From NCBI GenBank assembly GCA_965207445.1, contig CBDBLX010000002.1, positions 640,001 to 704,000 of the forward strand: a stretch of 64,000 bases of DNA, read 5' to 3'. Position 1 is the first letter of the stretch. Every line of letters begins with the position of its first letter. This stretch comes from Nitrosopumilus sp. Its GTDB lineage: Archaea > Thermoproteota > Nitrososphaeria > Nitrososphaerales > Nitrosopumilaceae. The translations under genes and the position numbers were made by a program. A model generated the notes under the pieces. It was not told the origin of the DNA, did not search any database, and was given only the letters and a program-made list of their open reading frames with translations. Positions 50,283-60,968 of this stretch are shown in pieces.

Positions 50283-51278
50283 TTAGTCAACACAAAGTGA
50301 TTTTTTTAATGTATCAAATGCACCTTGTACCGTATGAACTTTTGATATTATGTTGTTTGTAATACCTGATTTTTTAAGCTCATCTGCTGTAAACGGGCCT
50401 ATTGCAACTATCATTACATGTGATAATTTGGCAAGCAGATCATCTATGCTGTAATCTTTTGACATTATCTCTAAAAATCCGCGCACTGATGATGCGCTAG
50501 TGAATACAATGCCATCTATCTTGTCTGTTGAAAAATCCTCTCGAAAGTCATTCCATTGTGTCAAATCTGTGTATGCACATACATCGTACAGGTGTATCTC
50601 TACTATCTCTAGTCCTATCTTTTCTAACAACTCTTTTAAAAATGGCGTAGATGCTCCACTTCGAGGTATAATTGCCTTGCGGCCTACTGCATTGAGTGAG
50701 GTGAACAGTTCACCTATGCCTACAGAAGAGTATGTTTTAGGTGGCATCTCGTTTACCTTTATTCCTTCACATTCAAGTGACTCTCGAGTCTTTGGACCTA
50801 CTGCTATTACTATCATGTTTGCTATTGCTAATTTCAGTTTGTCGTATGTGCTGTTTTTATTGATGTTACTATTGTCGTTACTATTGTAGTTACTATTATC
50901 GCTGTCACTATTACTGTAATTATCATTATCGTTTAGTTCTACTGTATTTTGATCATCATTATCATAATTGTGAGTATCTGCTTTTCGCTGTTTGTCATAA
51001 CTGTGTGCCATATCAAAGAGCAGTCTGACTGCTTTTGAGCTCATAAACACAACATAATCCGGCGACTCTGTTTTTATGGCTTTGAGAAACTCCTCTACAA
51101 TCTTTTGTCCCTTGCTAACAAGCTGTATGGTTGGTAGTGCGTGTGCCTTTGTCTTGTTTTTATGTGCAAGCTCCAAAAACTCTGCTGCATCATCTATAGA
51201 ACGTGTTATTGCAATTGTTTTTTGTTTATCTGTATTTTGAATATCTTTTGATTTGACACTTGTATCTGCAGTTATCAT
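50283..51278 (-). CDS. hemD: Uroporphyrinogen-III synthase
   Basis: IAITRS, VFMSS.AV, AVGPKT, FTSASSV and AIGPFTA motifs; Asn/Asp insertion. Confidence 0.92.
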   Translation of the reverse strand: MITADTSVKSKDIQNTDKQKTIAITRSIDDAAEFLELAHKNKTKAHALPTIQLVSKGQKIVEEFLKAIKTESPDYVVFMSSKAVRLLFDMAHSYDKQRKADTHNYDNDDQNTVELNDNDNYSNSDSDNSNYNSNDNSNINKNSTYDKLKLAIANMIVIAVGPKTRESLECEGIKVNEMPPKTYSSVGIGELFTSLNAVGRKAIIPRSGASTPFLKELLEKIGLEIVEIHLYDVCAYTDLTQWNDFREDFSTDKIDGIVFTSASSVRGFLEIMSKDYSIDDLLAKLSHVMIVAIGPFTADELKKSGITNNIISKVHTVQGAFDTLKKSLCVD

Positions 51279-51285
51279 CTTCTTC

Positions 51286-52041
51286 TTATCTCCATCCTAT
51301 AATACTGCTCATCTGAACCACTTTGCCTATTATGATGTTCGCAGGTGGTCTTATTTTCGCCTGCTTTGCCTTTGATGCTATATTTGATAAATTCCCTATT
51401 GTAGTTTTATGCTTTGAGGTGGTCCCATCCTGTATTACTGCAACTGGCATCTTTTCATCCATCCCACCTCTTATCAATTCGTTACATATGATCTCAATTC
51501 TTGATAGTCCCATCATTATAACAATTGTATCCACTGACTTTGCAAGCCGTCGCCATTTTACCACTTCTCTCTTTTTTTGCGGATCCTCATGTCCTGTCAC
51601 AAACACTACTGATGATGCATGTTCTCTATGTGTGAGTGGTATACCTGAATATGTGGCTGATCCTATGCCTGATGTAATACCTGGTACTAGTTCATATTTA
51701 ATATTGTTTTTTCTGAGAAATTCTGCCTCTTCTCCTCCTCTGCCAAATATTATAGGATCGCCGCCCTTTAGTCTGACAACTCTTTTTTTTGCCCTTGCAT
51801 ATTTGAGCATCATATCATTTGTCTCGTTTTGATGTGTTGTGGGATCTCCTACGGCTCTGCCCACATATGTTTTTTCAGTTGACTTTGGTATCATATTTAG
51901 AATTCCTCTACTCACAAGCCTATCATATAATACAATATCGGCTTTTTGTAACAATTCCACTGCACGTATGGTTATCAATTTTGGATCGCCGGGCCCTGCG
52001 CCTACCAAGTACACTATCCCTACTCTCACTTTTGATTCCAT
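51286..52041 (-). CDS. cobA: Uroporphyrinogen-III C-methyltransferase
   Basis: VYLVGAGPGDP and VVRLKGGDP.IFGRGGEE motifs. Confidence 0.96.
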   Translation of the reverse strand: MESKVRVGIVYLVGAGPGDPKLITIRAVELLQKADIVLYDRLVSRGILNMIPKSTEKTYVGRAVGDPTTHQNETNDMMLKYARAKKRVVRLKGGDPIIFGRGGEEAEFLRKNNIKYELVPGITSGIGSATYSGIPLTHREHASSVVFVTGHEDPQKKREVVKWRRLAKSVDTIVIMMGLSRIEIICNELIRGGMDEKMPVAVIQDGTTSKHKTTIGNLSNIASKAKQAKIRPPANIIIGKVVQMSSIIGWR

Positions 52042-53000
52042 TGTGCTAGTCCCTCTCTCCACTTTGATGCAAGTTCATTGACTCCTTTTGATATCATCTC
52101 TTCTCCTGCTTTTGTACCAATGTCATGCGGTGTTGTACTATCTTTACTCTCTTTGATCTGAACCTTGATCTCTTTACTACCATCAATTGAGAATGCATCT
52201 GCTTTTATCATTATATGTGACTCTGAACATGTGGCTATTGCGCCTACTGGAAATCTGCATCCTGAATCCACTGCATCTGAAAAGGCTCGTTCTGCATCTG
52301 TTTCTGCTCTTGATTCTATGTGCTGTATTTTTTGCAACATCTCAACTGTATCTGCATCTTCTGTCCTTGATATTATTGCAAGTGCACCTTGCCCTGGTGA
52401 TGGTAAAAACACCTCTTGTGTTAGATCATGATATGCCACATCTACTAGTCCAAGCCTTGCGATTCCTGCATATGCTAGTACTATTCCATCTATGTTCTTT
52501 TCATTACTAGTATGTTTACCATCAAGCATGTTTATTCGAGTCTCTACGTTTCCACGTATTGGCCTTACCGTAATGTCTGGTCTTGCCCTTGTAACCTGTA
52601 CTGCTCTTCTCAGACTACTTGTCCCAATCACTGCCCCCTGTGTCATCTGTTCTAGTGATCTTCCATCTGTTGTTATCAATATGTCTTTTGTATAGTTGCG
52701 TTTTGGTACACTTGCAAGTGTCAGTTCGTCTGGCAGCCTGGATGGGACATCTTTTAGACTATGCACTGCAAAGTCGGCTCTACCATCCATAACTGCCCTG
52801 TTGACTTCTTTTTCAAATATGCCCTTTTGATCAATTGCAAATAGTGGACGTGCATCAGTATCGCCCTTTGTTGTTATTGTTTTAGTATCGTATGCAATAT
52901 GTGGATTCTTTAATTTTAACTGTTCTATTACATAATTAGTTTGCGCAAGAGCCAATTTACTTGCACGCGTTGCTATAACATATCTTGTCTTATTTGTCAT
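52026..53000 (-). CDS. hemC: Porphobilinogen deaminase
   Basis: ATR.SKLALAQ, AVHSLKDVP, GTSSLRR and RGNVETR motifs. Confidence 0.96.
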   Translation of the reverse strand: MTNKTRYVIATRASKLALAQTNYVIEQLKLKNPHIAYDTKTITTKGDTDARPLFAIDQKGIFEKEVNRAVMDGRADFAVHSLKDVPSRLPDELTLASVPKRNYTKDILITTDGRSLEQMTQGAVIGTSSLRRAVQVTRARPDITVRPIRGNVETRINMLDGKHTSNEKNIDGIVLAYAGIARLGLVDVAYHDLTQEVFLPSPGQGALAIISRTEDADTVEMLQKIQHIESRAETDAERAFSDAVDSGCRFPVGAIATCSESHIMIKADAFSIDGSKEIKVQIKESKDSTTPHDIGTKAGEEMISKGVNELASKWREGLAQWNQK

Positions 53001-53014
53001 ATTTCATCTAATCA

Positions 53015-54313
53015 TTATGATTCCTGCTTGGCAATATATCTCAGTGTTGCCTCATATGCATGTGTGACTCTCTCTATGTCTTGTGTAGTATGTGCATTTG
53101 ATAAAAATGCTACCTCAAACTGAGATGGGGCCACAAACACATTGTGCTTTTGTAATAGATGTGTACTGAATGCTTGAAACTTTTTCTTGTCACATTGGAG
53201 CGCATCTGCATTGTTTTGTATCGTGTTTGTTTTTTCTGTAAAGAATATCTGCATCATGGATCCAATGTAATTTGTCACGTGCGGTATGCCATATGTTGTG
53301 GCAGTATCATCTATTGCTTTTGCCATATGCTTGCAATTTTTCTCTAGTTTTACATACATTGTATTCTTTAACTTGTTTACAGTTTTAATTGATGCTATTG
53401 CTGCGCTTACAGATACAGGATTTCCTGCAAATGTGCTTGCCTGATATACTGGACCATTGGGTGCCAAATACTCCATTAACTTTTTGTCACCTCCAACTGC
53501 TGCTATGCCAAAACCATTACTCATGGCCTTTGCAATTGTAGTAATGTCTGGTTTTACATTATAGTACTGTTGTGCTCCACCTGGTGACATTCTAAATCCA
53601 GTCACAACCTCATCAAAAATCAAAATAATCCCGTGTTGTTTTGTTATCTTGCGCAACTTTTGCAAAAATCCTTTTTTTGGCAACACAAGTCCCATGTTTG
53701 CCATTATGGGCTCTATTATCACACATGCAATATCATCTGCATTCTTTTCAATTATGTGTTCTAGTCCATCTATGTCATTGTACTCTGTCACTAGTGTATC
53801 TCTTGCAGTCTTTTTGGGAACACCTTTTGATGCTGGTATGCCATACTGTGTTGCCCCTGAACCTGCCCCGACTAGAACTGAGTCATGTGCGCCGTGATAA
53901 CATCCATCAAACTTTAGTATCTTGTCTTTTTTTGTATGTCCTCTTGCAATACGAATGGCAGTCATTGTGGCCTCCCCCCCTGTATTTACAAGCCTCACTT
54001 TGTCAATTGAAGGATAACTGTTTGTAATCAATGTGGCAAGCTCAGTCTCTTTTTGTGTAGGCGCGCAGTATAACGTACCTTGTTTTAGTTGTGCTGCTGC
54101 TGCATCTATAATCTCTTTTCTGCGATGCCCTAGCAATAATGCACCATACCCGCAACACATATCTGTAATCTTTTGTTTATCTTCAGTCCACATGTAGCAT
54201 CCATCTGATCTCTTTACAAAAAACGGATATGGCTCAAAATAACGTACAGGACTTGTGACTCCTGATGCGATGACCTTTTTTGCTTGTTTGAATCTAGCAC
54301 TTGATGTTGTCAT
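53015..54313 (-). CDS. hemL: Glutamate-1-semialdehyde 2,1-aminomutase
   Basis: GVTSPVR, FDGCYHG.HD, FDEVVTGFR and YQASTFAGNP motifs. Confidence 0.96.
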   Translation of the reverse strand: MTTSSARFKQAKKVIASGVTSPVRYFEPYPFFVKRSDGCYMWTEDKQKITDMCCGYGALLLGHRRKEIIDAAAAQLKQGTLYCAPTQKETELATLITNSYPSIDKVRLVNTGGEATMTAIRIARGHTKKDKILKFDGCYHGAHDSVLVGAGSGATQYGIPASKGVPKKTARDTLVTEYNDIDGLEHIIEKNADDIACVIIEPIMANMGLVLPKKGFLQKLRKITKQHGIILIFDEVVTGFRMSPGGAQQYYNVKPDITTIAKAMSNGFGIAAVGGDKKLMEYLAPNGPVYQASTFAGNPVSVSAAIASIKTVNKLKNTMYVKLEKNCKHMAKAIDDTATTYGIPHVTNYIGSMMQIFFTEKTNTIQNNADALQCDKKKFQAFSTHLLQKHNVFVAPSQFEVAFLSNAHTTQDIERVTHAYEATLRYIAKQES

Positions 54314-54454
54314 GTTTTTATCTTGTACATGACACTATTAATTCTAGTAGTGTGTGGCTGAACTATATTTTTCAACATTTCGTTTAATGACTAGTCATTT
54401 AGATATGTCTCATATTTTTGAATATGACATTTCAAACAATTACATTTCAAACAA

Positions 54455-55135
54455 TCATTTTGTAAACTTTTGTCTATACACCATCGCAATTACTATGGTT
54501 CCTATAAAAGGTGCACTCATGTACAACCACAAGTCTTGCACTACGCCTGATAATATGGCAGGCGCAAGAGCTCTTACTGGATTCATAGATGCACCTGACA
54601 AATCACCAAAAAGCAATATATCTAGTGCTATAATTCCACCAATGGCAACTCCACTAAACCCTCTTAATCCTTTTGTGTATACTACACACAATATTATGCC
54701 CATCAATAATCCTGATGCTAGCACCTCTACTGCAAACATCTCTGGTATCTGTATACTGTGGTTTGGTGCATTTGCACCAATATTTGCCTCGGTACCTATG
54801 AATTTCATAACAAATAGCGATCCTAACATGGCGCCCGTAATCTCTGCGAGCAGATACCATCCAATCTGTATACGTGTTATATGCCCTGTCACATAGTATG
54901 CAATTGTGACTGCTGGATTAAAATGAGCCATTGATATCTTTCCAAATGCATATACGCCTATGATCAATGCCACAAACGGTCCGGCCGCTGCTATCCATAA
55001 TCCATACACGTTTCCTATTTGTGCATCATATACAATAGTGCCAGTTGCAAGTACAACGAGAATAAATGTGCCTATTAACTCAACAATAAATATATGAATA
55101 TTAGAATATCTTGCCAACATGTCCATCTTTTTCAT
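54455..55135 (-). CDS. MIP/aquaporin channel (probable arsenite channel)
   Basis: AHFNPAVT and SMNPVRAL loops; directly follows arsC. Confidence 0.9.
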   Translation of the reverse strand: MKKMDMLARYSNIHIFIVELIGTFILVVLATGTIVYDAQIGNVYGLWIAAAGPFVALIIGVYAFGKISMAHFNPAVTIAYYVTGHITRIQIGWYLLAEITGAMLGSLFVMKFIGTEANIGANAPNHSIQIPEMFAVEVLASGLLMGIILCVVYTKGLRGFSGVAIGGIIALDILLFGDLSGASMNPVRALAPAILSGVVQDLWLYMSAPFIGTIVIAMVYRQKFTK

Positions 55136-55578
55136 TATTCATGAAATTCTTCTTTTTCGTCTGTGCCCTTTAACTCATTTATCATATCTATAACTTTACC
55201 TCTTATTGTATCTCGTATCTTGCGTACTTGTTCTATGCTCTTGTCTTTTGGATCATCAATGTCCCAATTTATGATATTGTGTTGTTTTGTTAATAGTATT
55301 GCAGGACATGAATCTGTATCAATACAACCCATATTCACCACTATGACATCTTTTGTTTGAGTGATATCTTCTTTGATCTCTTTTGGTGTGTTGTTTGCAA
55401 TATCAATATCAATCTCTTGCATTACCTTGATTACATTTGGGTTTATACATGCACTTGGTTTGGTCCCTGCACTTTGTACTTTGATGTGTGGTGCCATTGT
55501 TTTTAAAAAGCCTTCTGCCATCTGACTTCGTGCGGCATTCTCTACGCATACAAACAATACATTTTTTTGGTTTGTCAT
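55135..55578 (-). CDS. arsC: Arsenate reductase (LMWP type)
   Basis: FVCVENAARSQMAEG, SAGTKP and W.IDDP motifs. Confidence 0.9.
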   Translation of the reverse strand: MTNQKNVLFVCVENAARSQMAEGFLKTMAPHIKVQSAGTKPSACINPNVIKVMQEIDIDIANNTPKEIKEDITQTKDVIVVNMGCIDTDSCPAILLTKQHNIINWDIDDPKDKSIEQVRKIRDTIRGKVIDMINELKGTDEKEEFHE

Positions 55579-55621
55579 TTAAAATTGATATAAATACTAG
55601 TTTATATAAACTTGAATTTAT

Positions 55622-55939
55622 ATGAATAATGGTGGTATTTGGCTCTTAAAGTGTATTTGTGATGATACTCGTTTTGAGATACTCGAGTTATTGCAAGAGA
55701 GTCATGAATTGTGTGTTGGTGACTTTGTAGATTTGATGGAAAAGGACCAGCCATTAATATCACATCATTTAAAAAAACTCAAAGAATGTGGTATAGTAAC
55801 ATCTAGACGTCACGGCAAACAGATAATGTATAAAATAACTAGTCCGGATCTTGCAGAATTAATATCAGGTATTGCTAATACTGGGAAAAATATCTTACCT
55901 GCTATGTGTGGCAACACAGATGATAATTCTACATGTTAG
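55622..55939 (+). CDS. arsR: ArsR-family regulator
   Basis: ELCVGD and QP.ISHHL..L..CG.V..RR.G motifs; divergent from arsC. Confidence 0.9.
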   Translation: MNNGGIWLLKCICDDTRFEILELLQESHELCVGDFVDLMEKDQPLISHHLKKLKECGIVTSRRHGKQIMYKITSPDLAELISGIANTGKNILPAMCGNTDDNSTC

Positions 55940-56262
55940 TAGTCTGCAATGTGCCCAATTCTAATGATCTTATTTTTAATTATACAGTGCGGTACATTTA
56001 CTGTGGCAAGTAACTATCATGTTTTAATTCCCATTAAAGCAGTCTTTTGATCAATCTAACAGTTGAATCCACAAACACATCCATTGTAAATAATTTTCTA
56101 TCTAGACCCATAGTAATTTTCGTGCCTTGTCATAATATTTCCATCTGGTCATATCAATTTCAATCATACCAAATTTAGCAATATATGAATACAATTGAAT
56201 ATTAACCTAGTTTACAAGAGCGTCATTATATCTTGTAAATGAAAGCAAATAATTTCATCATA

Positions 56263-56892
56263 TTACTCTGGTTGTCGCTTGCCACTGATAATATAACTAA
56301 CCGTTCTGCTCATGTGCATTGCATGATCTGCAACTCGTTCTAAATACCCAAGCAATAATGCTTCTGCAAGTACACATTTTGTATTGGTTTCTTGCGTAGC
56401 GAGCATCGAAAACCTCTCCTTGCAAAGCTTGTCTACATACTCTTCGTTTATCTTTATCATATTGAACTTACTGTCATCAAGAAGTGCAAATGAATGCAGT
56501 GCATCCTTTGTCATCTGAAGCGTCTCATTTGATACTTGATATAGCCATTTGTTATTGCATGATGATATGTCTCCAAATTTATCTCTAACAAGCGTAATGT
56601 CATATGCATATCGTCCAAATCTATGAAATGCATATGATATCTCAATTGCTGATCTGATGAATCTAAAGTCCGATGCCATGGGTTGAAACTTTAGCATTGT
56701 GGTGAATATGAGGTCTCCTACTTTGTGATACATGTTTGTGATATTCTCTGATATCTGCCTAACTTCTATTATGGGATTGGTCCCTTTCAAATATGAATTA
56801 ATTGCATATTCTAGGCCTTGAATTGAAAGATCTCCCATCTCTGACATTGATGCTGAGAGATTGTGAAGATTTGTATCGATAAGTCTAGTCAT
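56263..56892 (-). CDS. phoU: Phosphate uptake regulator PhoU
   Basis: QPMASDFR and YLERVADHA motifs; downstream of pstB. Confidence 0.9.
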   Translation of the reverse strand: MTRLIDTNLHNLSASMSEMGDLSIQGLEYAINSYLKGTNPIIEVRQISENITNMYHKVGDLIFTTMLKFQPMASDFRFIRSAIEISYAFHRFGRYAYDITLVRDKFGDISSCNNKWLYQVSNETLQMTKDALHSFALLDDSKFNMIKINEEYVDKLCKERFSMLATQETNTKCVLAEALLLGYLERVADHAMHMSRTVSYIISGKRQPE

Positions 56893-56942
56893 TCACATTG
56901 TTTGGTATATGGTTCTACTTTAATTGTATTGAGAATTGGCGG

Positions 56943-57024
56943 ATAACCATTCAACTTATTCCCAAATTTAGGCACAGACTCGCCGCCTAACATCTGGTGC
57001 AGACATCGGGGGTTGAACGGTTAC
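56943..57024. mobile_element. MITE family B, copy 4
   Basis: Right TIR GGTTGAACGGTTAC; conserved core CAAATTTAGGCACAGACTCGCCGCCTAAC. Confidence 0.87.
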
Positions 57025-57226
57025 TTTATTCTTTGGTGTATGATTGTGCATATTGCAACATACTGCCATAATTTTGAACATAAAAATAGTCATATTGTGA
57101 TCTCCTGTAACGTTTTCACAATTGGACTTTGCCACATGTGATTATTTCAGGCACGAAATCACAAAAATCCACTGTACAGAAACTTATGCTCGTTGCTATA
57201 TGTTGTCAATTAAATTAATGTCACAT

Positions 57227-58081
57227 TTAACCAAATTGACCTTCAACATACTTGGCGGTAAGCTCATTCTTTGGATTTTGAAATATGTTATCTGTTTTTC
57301 CATGTTCTACTAGTTTGCCCAAATACATGAATCCCGTATAGTCTGAGCATCTTATGGCTTGTTGCATGTTGTGGGTGATAATAATTATACAATATTCATT
57401 TGAGAGAACTTTTATCGTCTCTTCTATCTTTTGTGTTGCAATTGGGTCCAATGCTGATGCTGGTTCATCCATTAATAATACCTCTGGCTGTATTGCAAGA
57501 GCCCTTGCGATACAAAGTCGTTGTTGTTGCCCCCCTGATAGTTCAATTGCAGGTTTCTGTAACTCATCTCTTACCTCATCCCACAAATATGCCATCTTTA
57601 GGCAATCTTCTACTATCTCATCTAGTATAGAAGAGTTTTTGACACCATTGAGTTTTACACCAGATACAACATTGTCATATATTGACATGGTTGGGAATGG
57701 ATTTGGCTTTTGAAAGACCATCCCTACCTTTCTTCTGTGGTATATTGGATCTATGGCTGAGTCGTACAGATCAGTCTGATCTATCATAACCTTTCCCTTT
57801 ACATGTGCATCTGGTGTCATGTCATGCATTCTATTCAGACAGCGCAAAAATGTCGTCTTGCCACAACCTGATGGTCCTATCAAAGACGTGATAGAGTTTT
57901 CAGGAAATTTCAAACTTACATTTTTTACTGCAAGCGTGTCTCCATAATGAACACTTACATTCTTTGCAATCATCTTGAATCGTTTATTCTCAAACAGTTC
58001 ATCATCGTACCTATTTGTGGTGTATGTTGTATCTTGATGTGTCGGTTGCGTTTGCGCTTCTGTTGTTATTGTACGGCTCAA
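57227..58081 (-). CDS. pstB: Phosphate ABC transporter ATPase
   Basis: GPSGCGKT, VFQKPNPFP and LSGGQQQRLCIARALA motifs. Confidence 0.96.
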   Translation of the reverse strand: MSRTITTEAQTQPTHQDTTYTTNRYDDELFENKRFKMIAKNVSVHYGDTLAVKNVSLKFPENSITSLIGPSGCGKTTFLRCLNRMHDMTPDAHVKGKVMIDQTDLYDSAIDPIYHRRKVGMVFQKPNPFPTMSIYDNVVSGVKLNGVKNSSILDEIVEDCLKMAYLWDEVRDELQKPAIELSGGQQQRLCIARALAIQPEVLLMDEPASALDPIATQKIEETIKVLSNEYCIIIITHNMQQAIRCSDYTGFMYLGKLVEHGKTDNIFQNPKNELTAKYVEGQFG

Positions 58082-59214
58082 TTAGTTACCCCTCCGCCCT
58101 CTTTTTGTGCCAATAAACCTTTTGACGATGATGATGATGCCGATGGTGATAACGATGACGTCAATTGTGATGATGCCGATGCCGATGATGGTGATGAACT
58201 ATGTTCTGTGTATGGTGGGGGTTGTTGTTGTTGTGATGTTGTCTTTGTATTTGATTTACCGTTGCGTCTTTTTCCCTGAAAGTAATACCTCACACCTACG
58301 TGTATGGCAAGTATTATAATCACTAGTACTAGTGCTGCACCCCACCCTGCTAACCTGGCTTCTTCATATGGTAACAATGAGAATCGCCATATACGCAACG
58401 GCAACGCATCCATGGGTGCATCTAGTGATGAAAAGAATTGACTACTTCCAAGTATGGTCATGATGAGTGGAGCAGTCTCACCTCCTATCCTTGAGATCGA
58501 TAACAATATGCCCGTTAGTAGTCCTTGTTTTGCAGATGCAAGCACAATTTTGATCGCAATGGTAGTTTTTTTGAGCCCTAGTGCGGTTCCTGCTTCACGA
58601 TATGTCCATGGCACCAACTTTAACTGCTCTTCAGTAGCTCTTGCAACTATTGGAAACATGATAAGTGAAAGTGCAAACGCGCCTGCCCATATTGAAAAAT
58701 GTCCTAGCAACAATACAATTGCCAAAAATGCAAATAACCCTAAAACGATAGATGGCACCTGCATAAAAACATCAAGCCAAAACCTAATCTGTTTTGTCAA
58801 TCTTCCTTTTGTTCCTACTTCTGACAAGTAGATGCCTGCCCCTATTCCGATCGGTATTCCAATAACTGATGAAAGCCCAATTATGATTATGGTCCCTTGT
58901 ATTGCTGGTCCAATATTTATTGTTCCAGCTCCAATGGCACCTGGCTCTTCTGTTAAAAAGTCAATTGTCAAGGCTGGCACCCCACCTACAATAAGTTGTC
59001 CTAGTATCCAAAACAGTGGTACGATGGCTATTATGGCACATGCTGTAATGCTGCCGATCATTATGCGATCTACTTTTAATCTATTGTTGACATTTGACTT
59101 GAACATTGCTCTTATCTCTGAGCGTCTTTGAGCTCTTGTTTTTGTTGCATTTGTGTCATTATTACTACTAATGTCATTGTTGCTATGAGTATACTCACCA
59201 TCTCTTTGATTCAA
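58078..59214 (-). CDS. pstA: Phosphate ABC permease PstA
   Basis: VPSIVLGLF and SRIGGETAPL motifs; Ser-rich tail. Confidence 0.94.
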   Translation of the reverse strand: MNQRDGEYTHSNNDISSNNDTNATKTRAQRRSEIRAMFKSNVNNRLKVDRIMIGSITACAIIAIVPLFWILGQLIVGGVPALTIDFLTEEPGAIGAGTINIGPAIQGTIIIIGLSSVIGIPIGIGAGIYLSEVGTKGRLTKQIRFWLDVFMQVPSIVLGLFAFLAIVLLLGHFSIWAGAFALSLIMFPIVARATEEQLKLVPWTYREAGTALGLKKTTIAIKIVLASAKQGLLTGILLSISRIGGETAPLIMTILGSSQFFSSLDAPMDALPLRIWRFSLLPYEEARLAGWGAALVLVIIILAIHVGVRYYFQGKRRNGKSNTKTTSQQQQPPPYTEHSSSPSSASASSQLTSSLSPSASSSSSKGLLAQKEGGGVTN

Positions 59215-60197
59215 TTCTTTATTGCCCCCTCTCTCATCTTTAGCATTCTAGTTACAATATAATGAGCAAATACATTAACTGCCATGGCTACTAGTAACAG
59301 CACCAATCCTACTCCTATGAGCGCAGGTAGATGGATAGATGCCGGTGACGCTTCTATGAACTCATTTGCAATAATACTTGACATTGTCTGGCTTGGATCA
59401 AACAGTGATTGTGGTATTGCAGCTATTCCTGTTGCGTTGCCAATAAGCATAGTGACTGCCATGGTCTCACCTATTGCTCTGCCAAGTCCTAGTATTGCAG
59501 CGCCCATTAATCCTGCTTTGGAATATGGAAATACTGCAAGCTTGAACATCTCCCAAGTTGTGCTGCCAAGCATGTATGCTGCCTCTTTTTGTTGATGTGG
59601 TACTGCCATCATTACCTCTCGTGATACAGCAGATATCGTAGGTATGATCATTATTGCTAAAATTATACTTGCAGAGAGTACATCTAACCCAAAGGGTGCA
59701 CCTGAGAACAAAAATATAGAGTCACCAAATGTATCATGCAATGGCTTTTCTATCCAGTCTCTAAAGTATATTCTAAATACAAACAGTCCCCACAGTCCAT
59801 ACACTACACTTGGAACTGCTTCGAGTAATTCTATTAAATATCCCATGGGACGTCCTATTCTTTTTGGGACTATCATGACAAACATTGCTATACCTATGCT
59901 AAGTGGTAGTGCAATTGTCATAGCTATGGCAGATGTAATCAGAGTACCCAAGATGTATGGCAAAGCACCAAATGACTCTCGATCTTCTACTGCATTCCAA
60001 TCTGTTCCAAAAATAAATCCGGCGACTCCTTCCTCTTGCCAAATAGGTCCTGACTCCCAGCCAAGCTGAACTACCATGATCAAAATTATGGCAAGCACAT
60101 AGACTCCTGCCATTATGGCCCCTACTTTGAATAACTTATCTATAATAGGTGGTCTACCTTCCTTTGCTACAATGTTAGACAAATATTTTTTTCTCAT
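59211..60197 (-). CDS. pstC: Phosphate ABC permease PstC
   Basis: PSVVYGLWG and GRAIGETMAV motifs. Confidence 0.95.
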   Translation of the reverse strand: MRKKYLSNIVAKEGRPPIIDKLFKVGAIMAGVYVLAIILIMVVQLGWESGPIWQEEGVAGFIFGTDWNAVEDRESFGALPYILGTLITSAIAMTIALPLSIGIAMFVMIVPKRIGRPMGYLIELLEAVPSVVYGLWGLFVFRIYFRDWIEKPLHDTFGDSIFLFSGAPFGLDVLSASIILAIMIIPTISAVSREVMMAVPHQQKEAAYMLGSTTWEMFKLAVFPYSKAGLMGAAILGLGRAIGETMAVTMLIGNATGIAAIPQSLFDPSQTMSSIIANEFIEASPASIHLPALIGVGLVLLLVAMAVNVFAHYIVTRMLKMREGAIKN

Positions 60198-60663
60198 AAT
60201 GTGACCAATGCATGTTATAATATGTAGTGCGTGTCTATATTCTATAGTTTAGTTGTATGGGGTTGTATTCTATATAGAATTAATAATTATTGTATTTTTA
60301 AATGAGTAATTTAGGTACAAATCTATCTTTAGCATAAAATAATGGTCCAAAAATTTTGTGGCTCAGAGATGTCACTTGTCATATATCGTACGTGTCATGA
60401 AAATATGTGTTTAATTCTTAGAATACTTTAGTTGGATATGTTTGATCTATGACACAACAGTAGTATGATGAATAATGGCTATACCCAACACAAAAACAAA
60501 CAACATGGCAAATATTTCAAAAAAGGCTAGTGAAAGAAGATTTGAGACATGCGAAAAAATCTCAAAATAACTCTAGTGTGTATTTTACAATGATTCAATT
60601 ACTAAATATTATGTGATGTTCAAAATATGATCTTTAATATATAATGTTATAAAATATGTAATA

Positions 60664-60738
60664 TGTGCACAAAATGTGCACAACATACACAAAATGTGCA
60701 CAACATACACACAATATACACAACATACACACAATATA
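60664..60738. repeat. Degenerate CA-rich tandem repeats between pstS and pstC
   Basis: cacaaaatgtgcacaacata x2 and cacaacatacacacaatata x2. Confidence 0.7.
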
Positions 60739-60968
60739 TGCATTAATATTTTTTATAATCATTTTTAATATATTTACATATATTTAAGTTGTTGTATAAT
60801 TTTAGAAATTGTTTTGTTGTATGCATGTCACACACCAAATAAATTGCAATCAAAAATTTTTAACAATTAATGATCAGAATCTAATAAAAATTCAGCTGTA
60901 ACAAATTGTTTCACACTTGCATTTCACACTGGCAATAAAAATAAAAAAGTGAAAAAGAAACTGATGGG

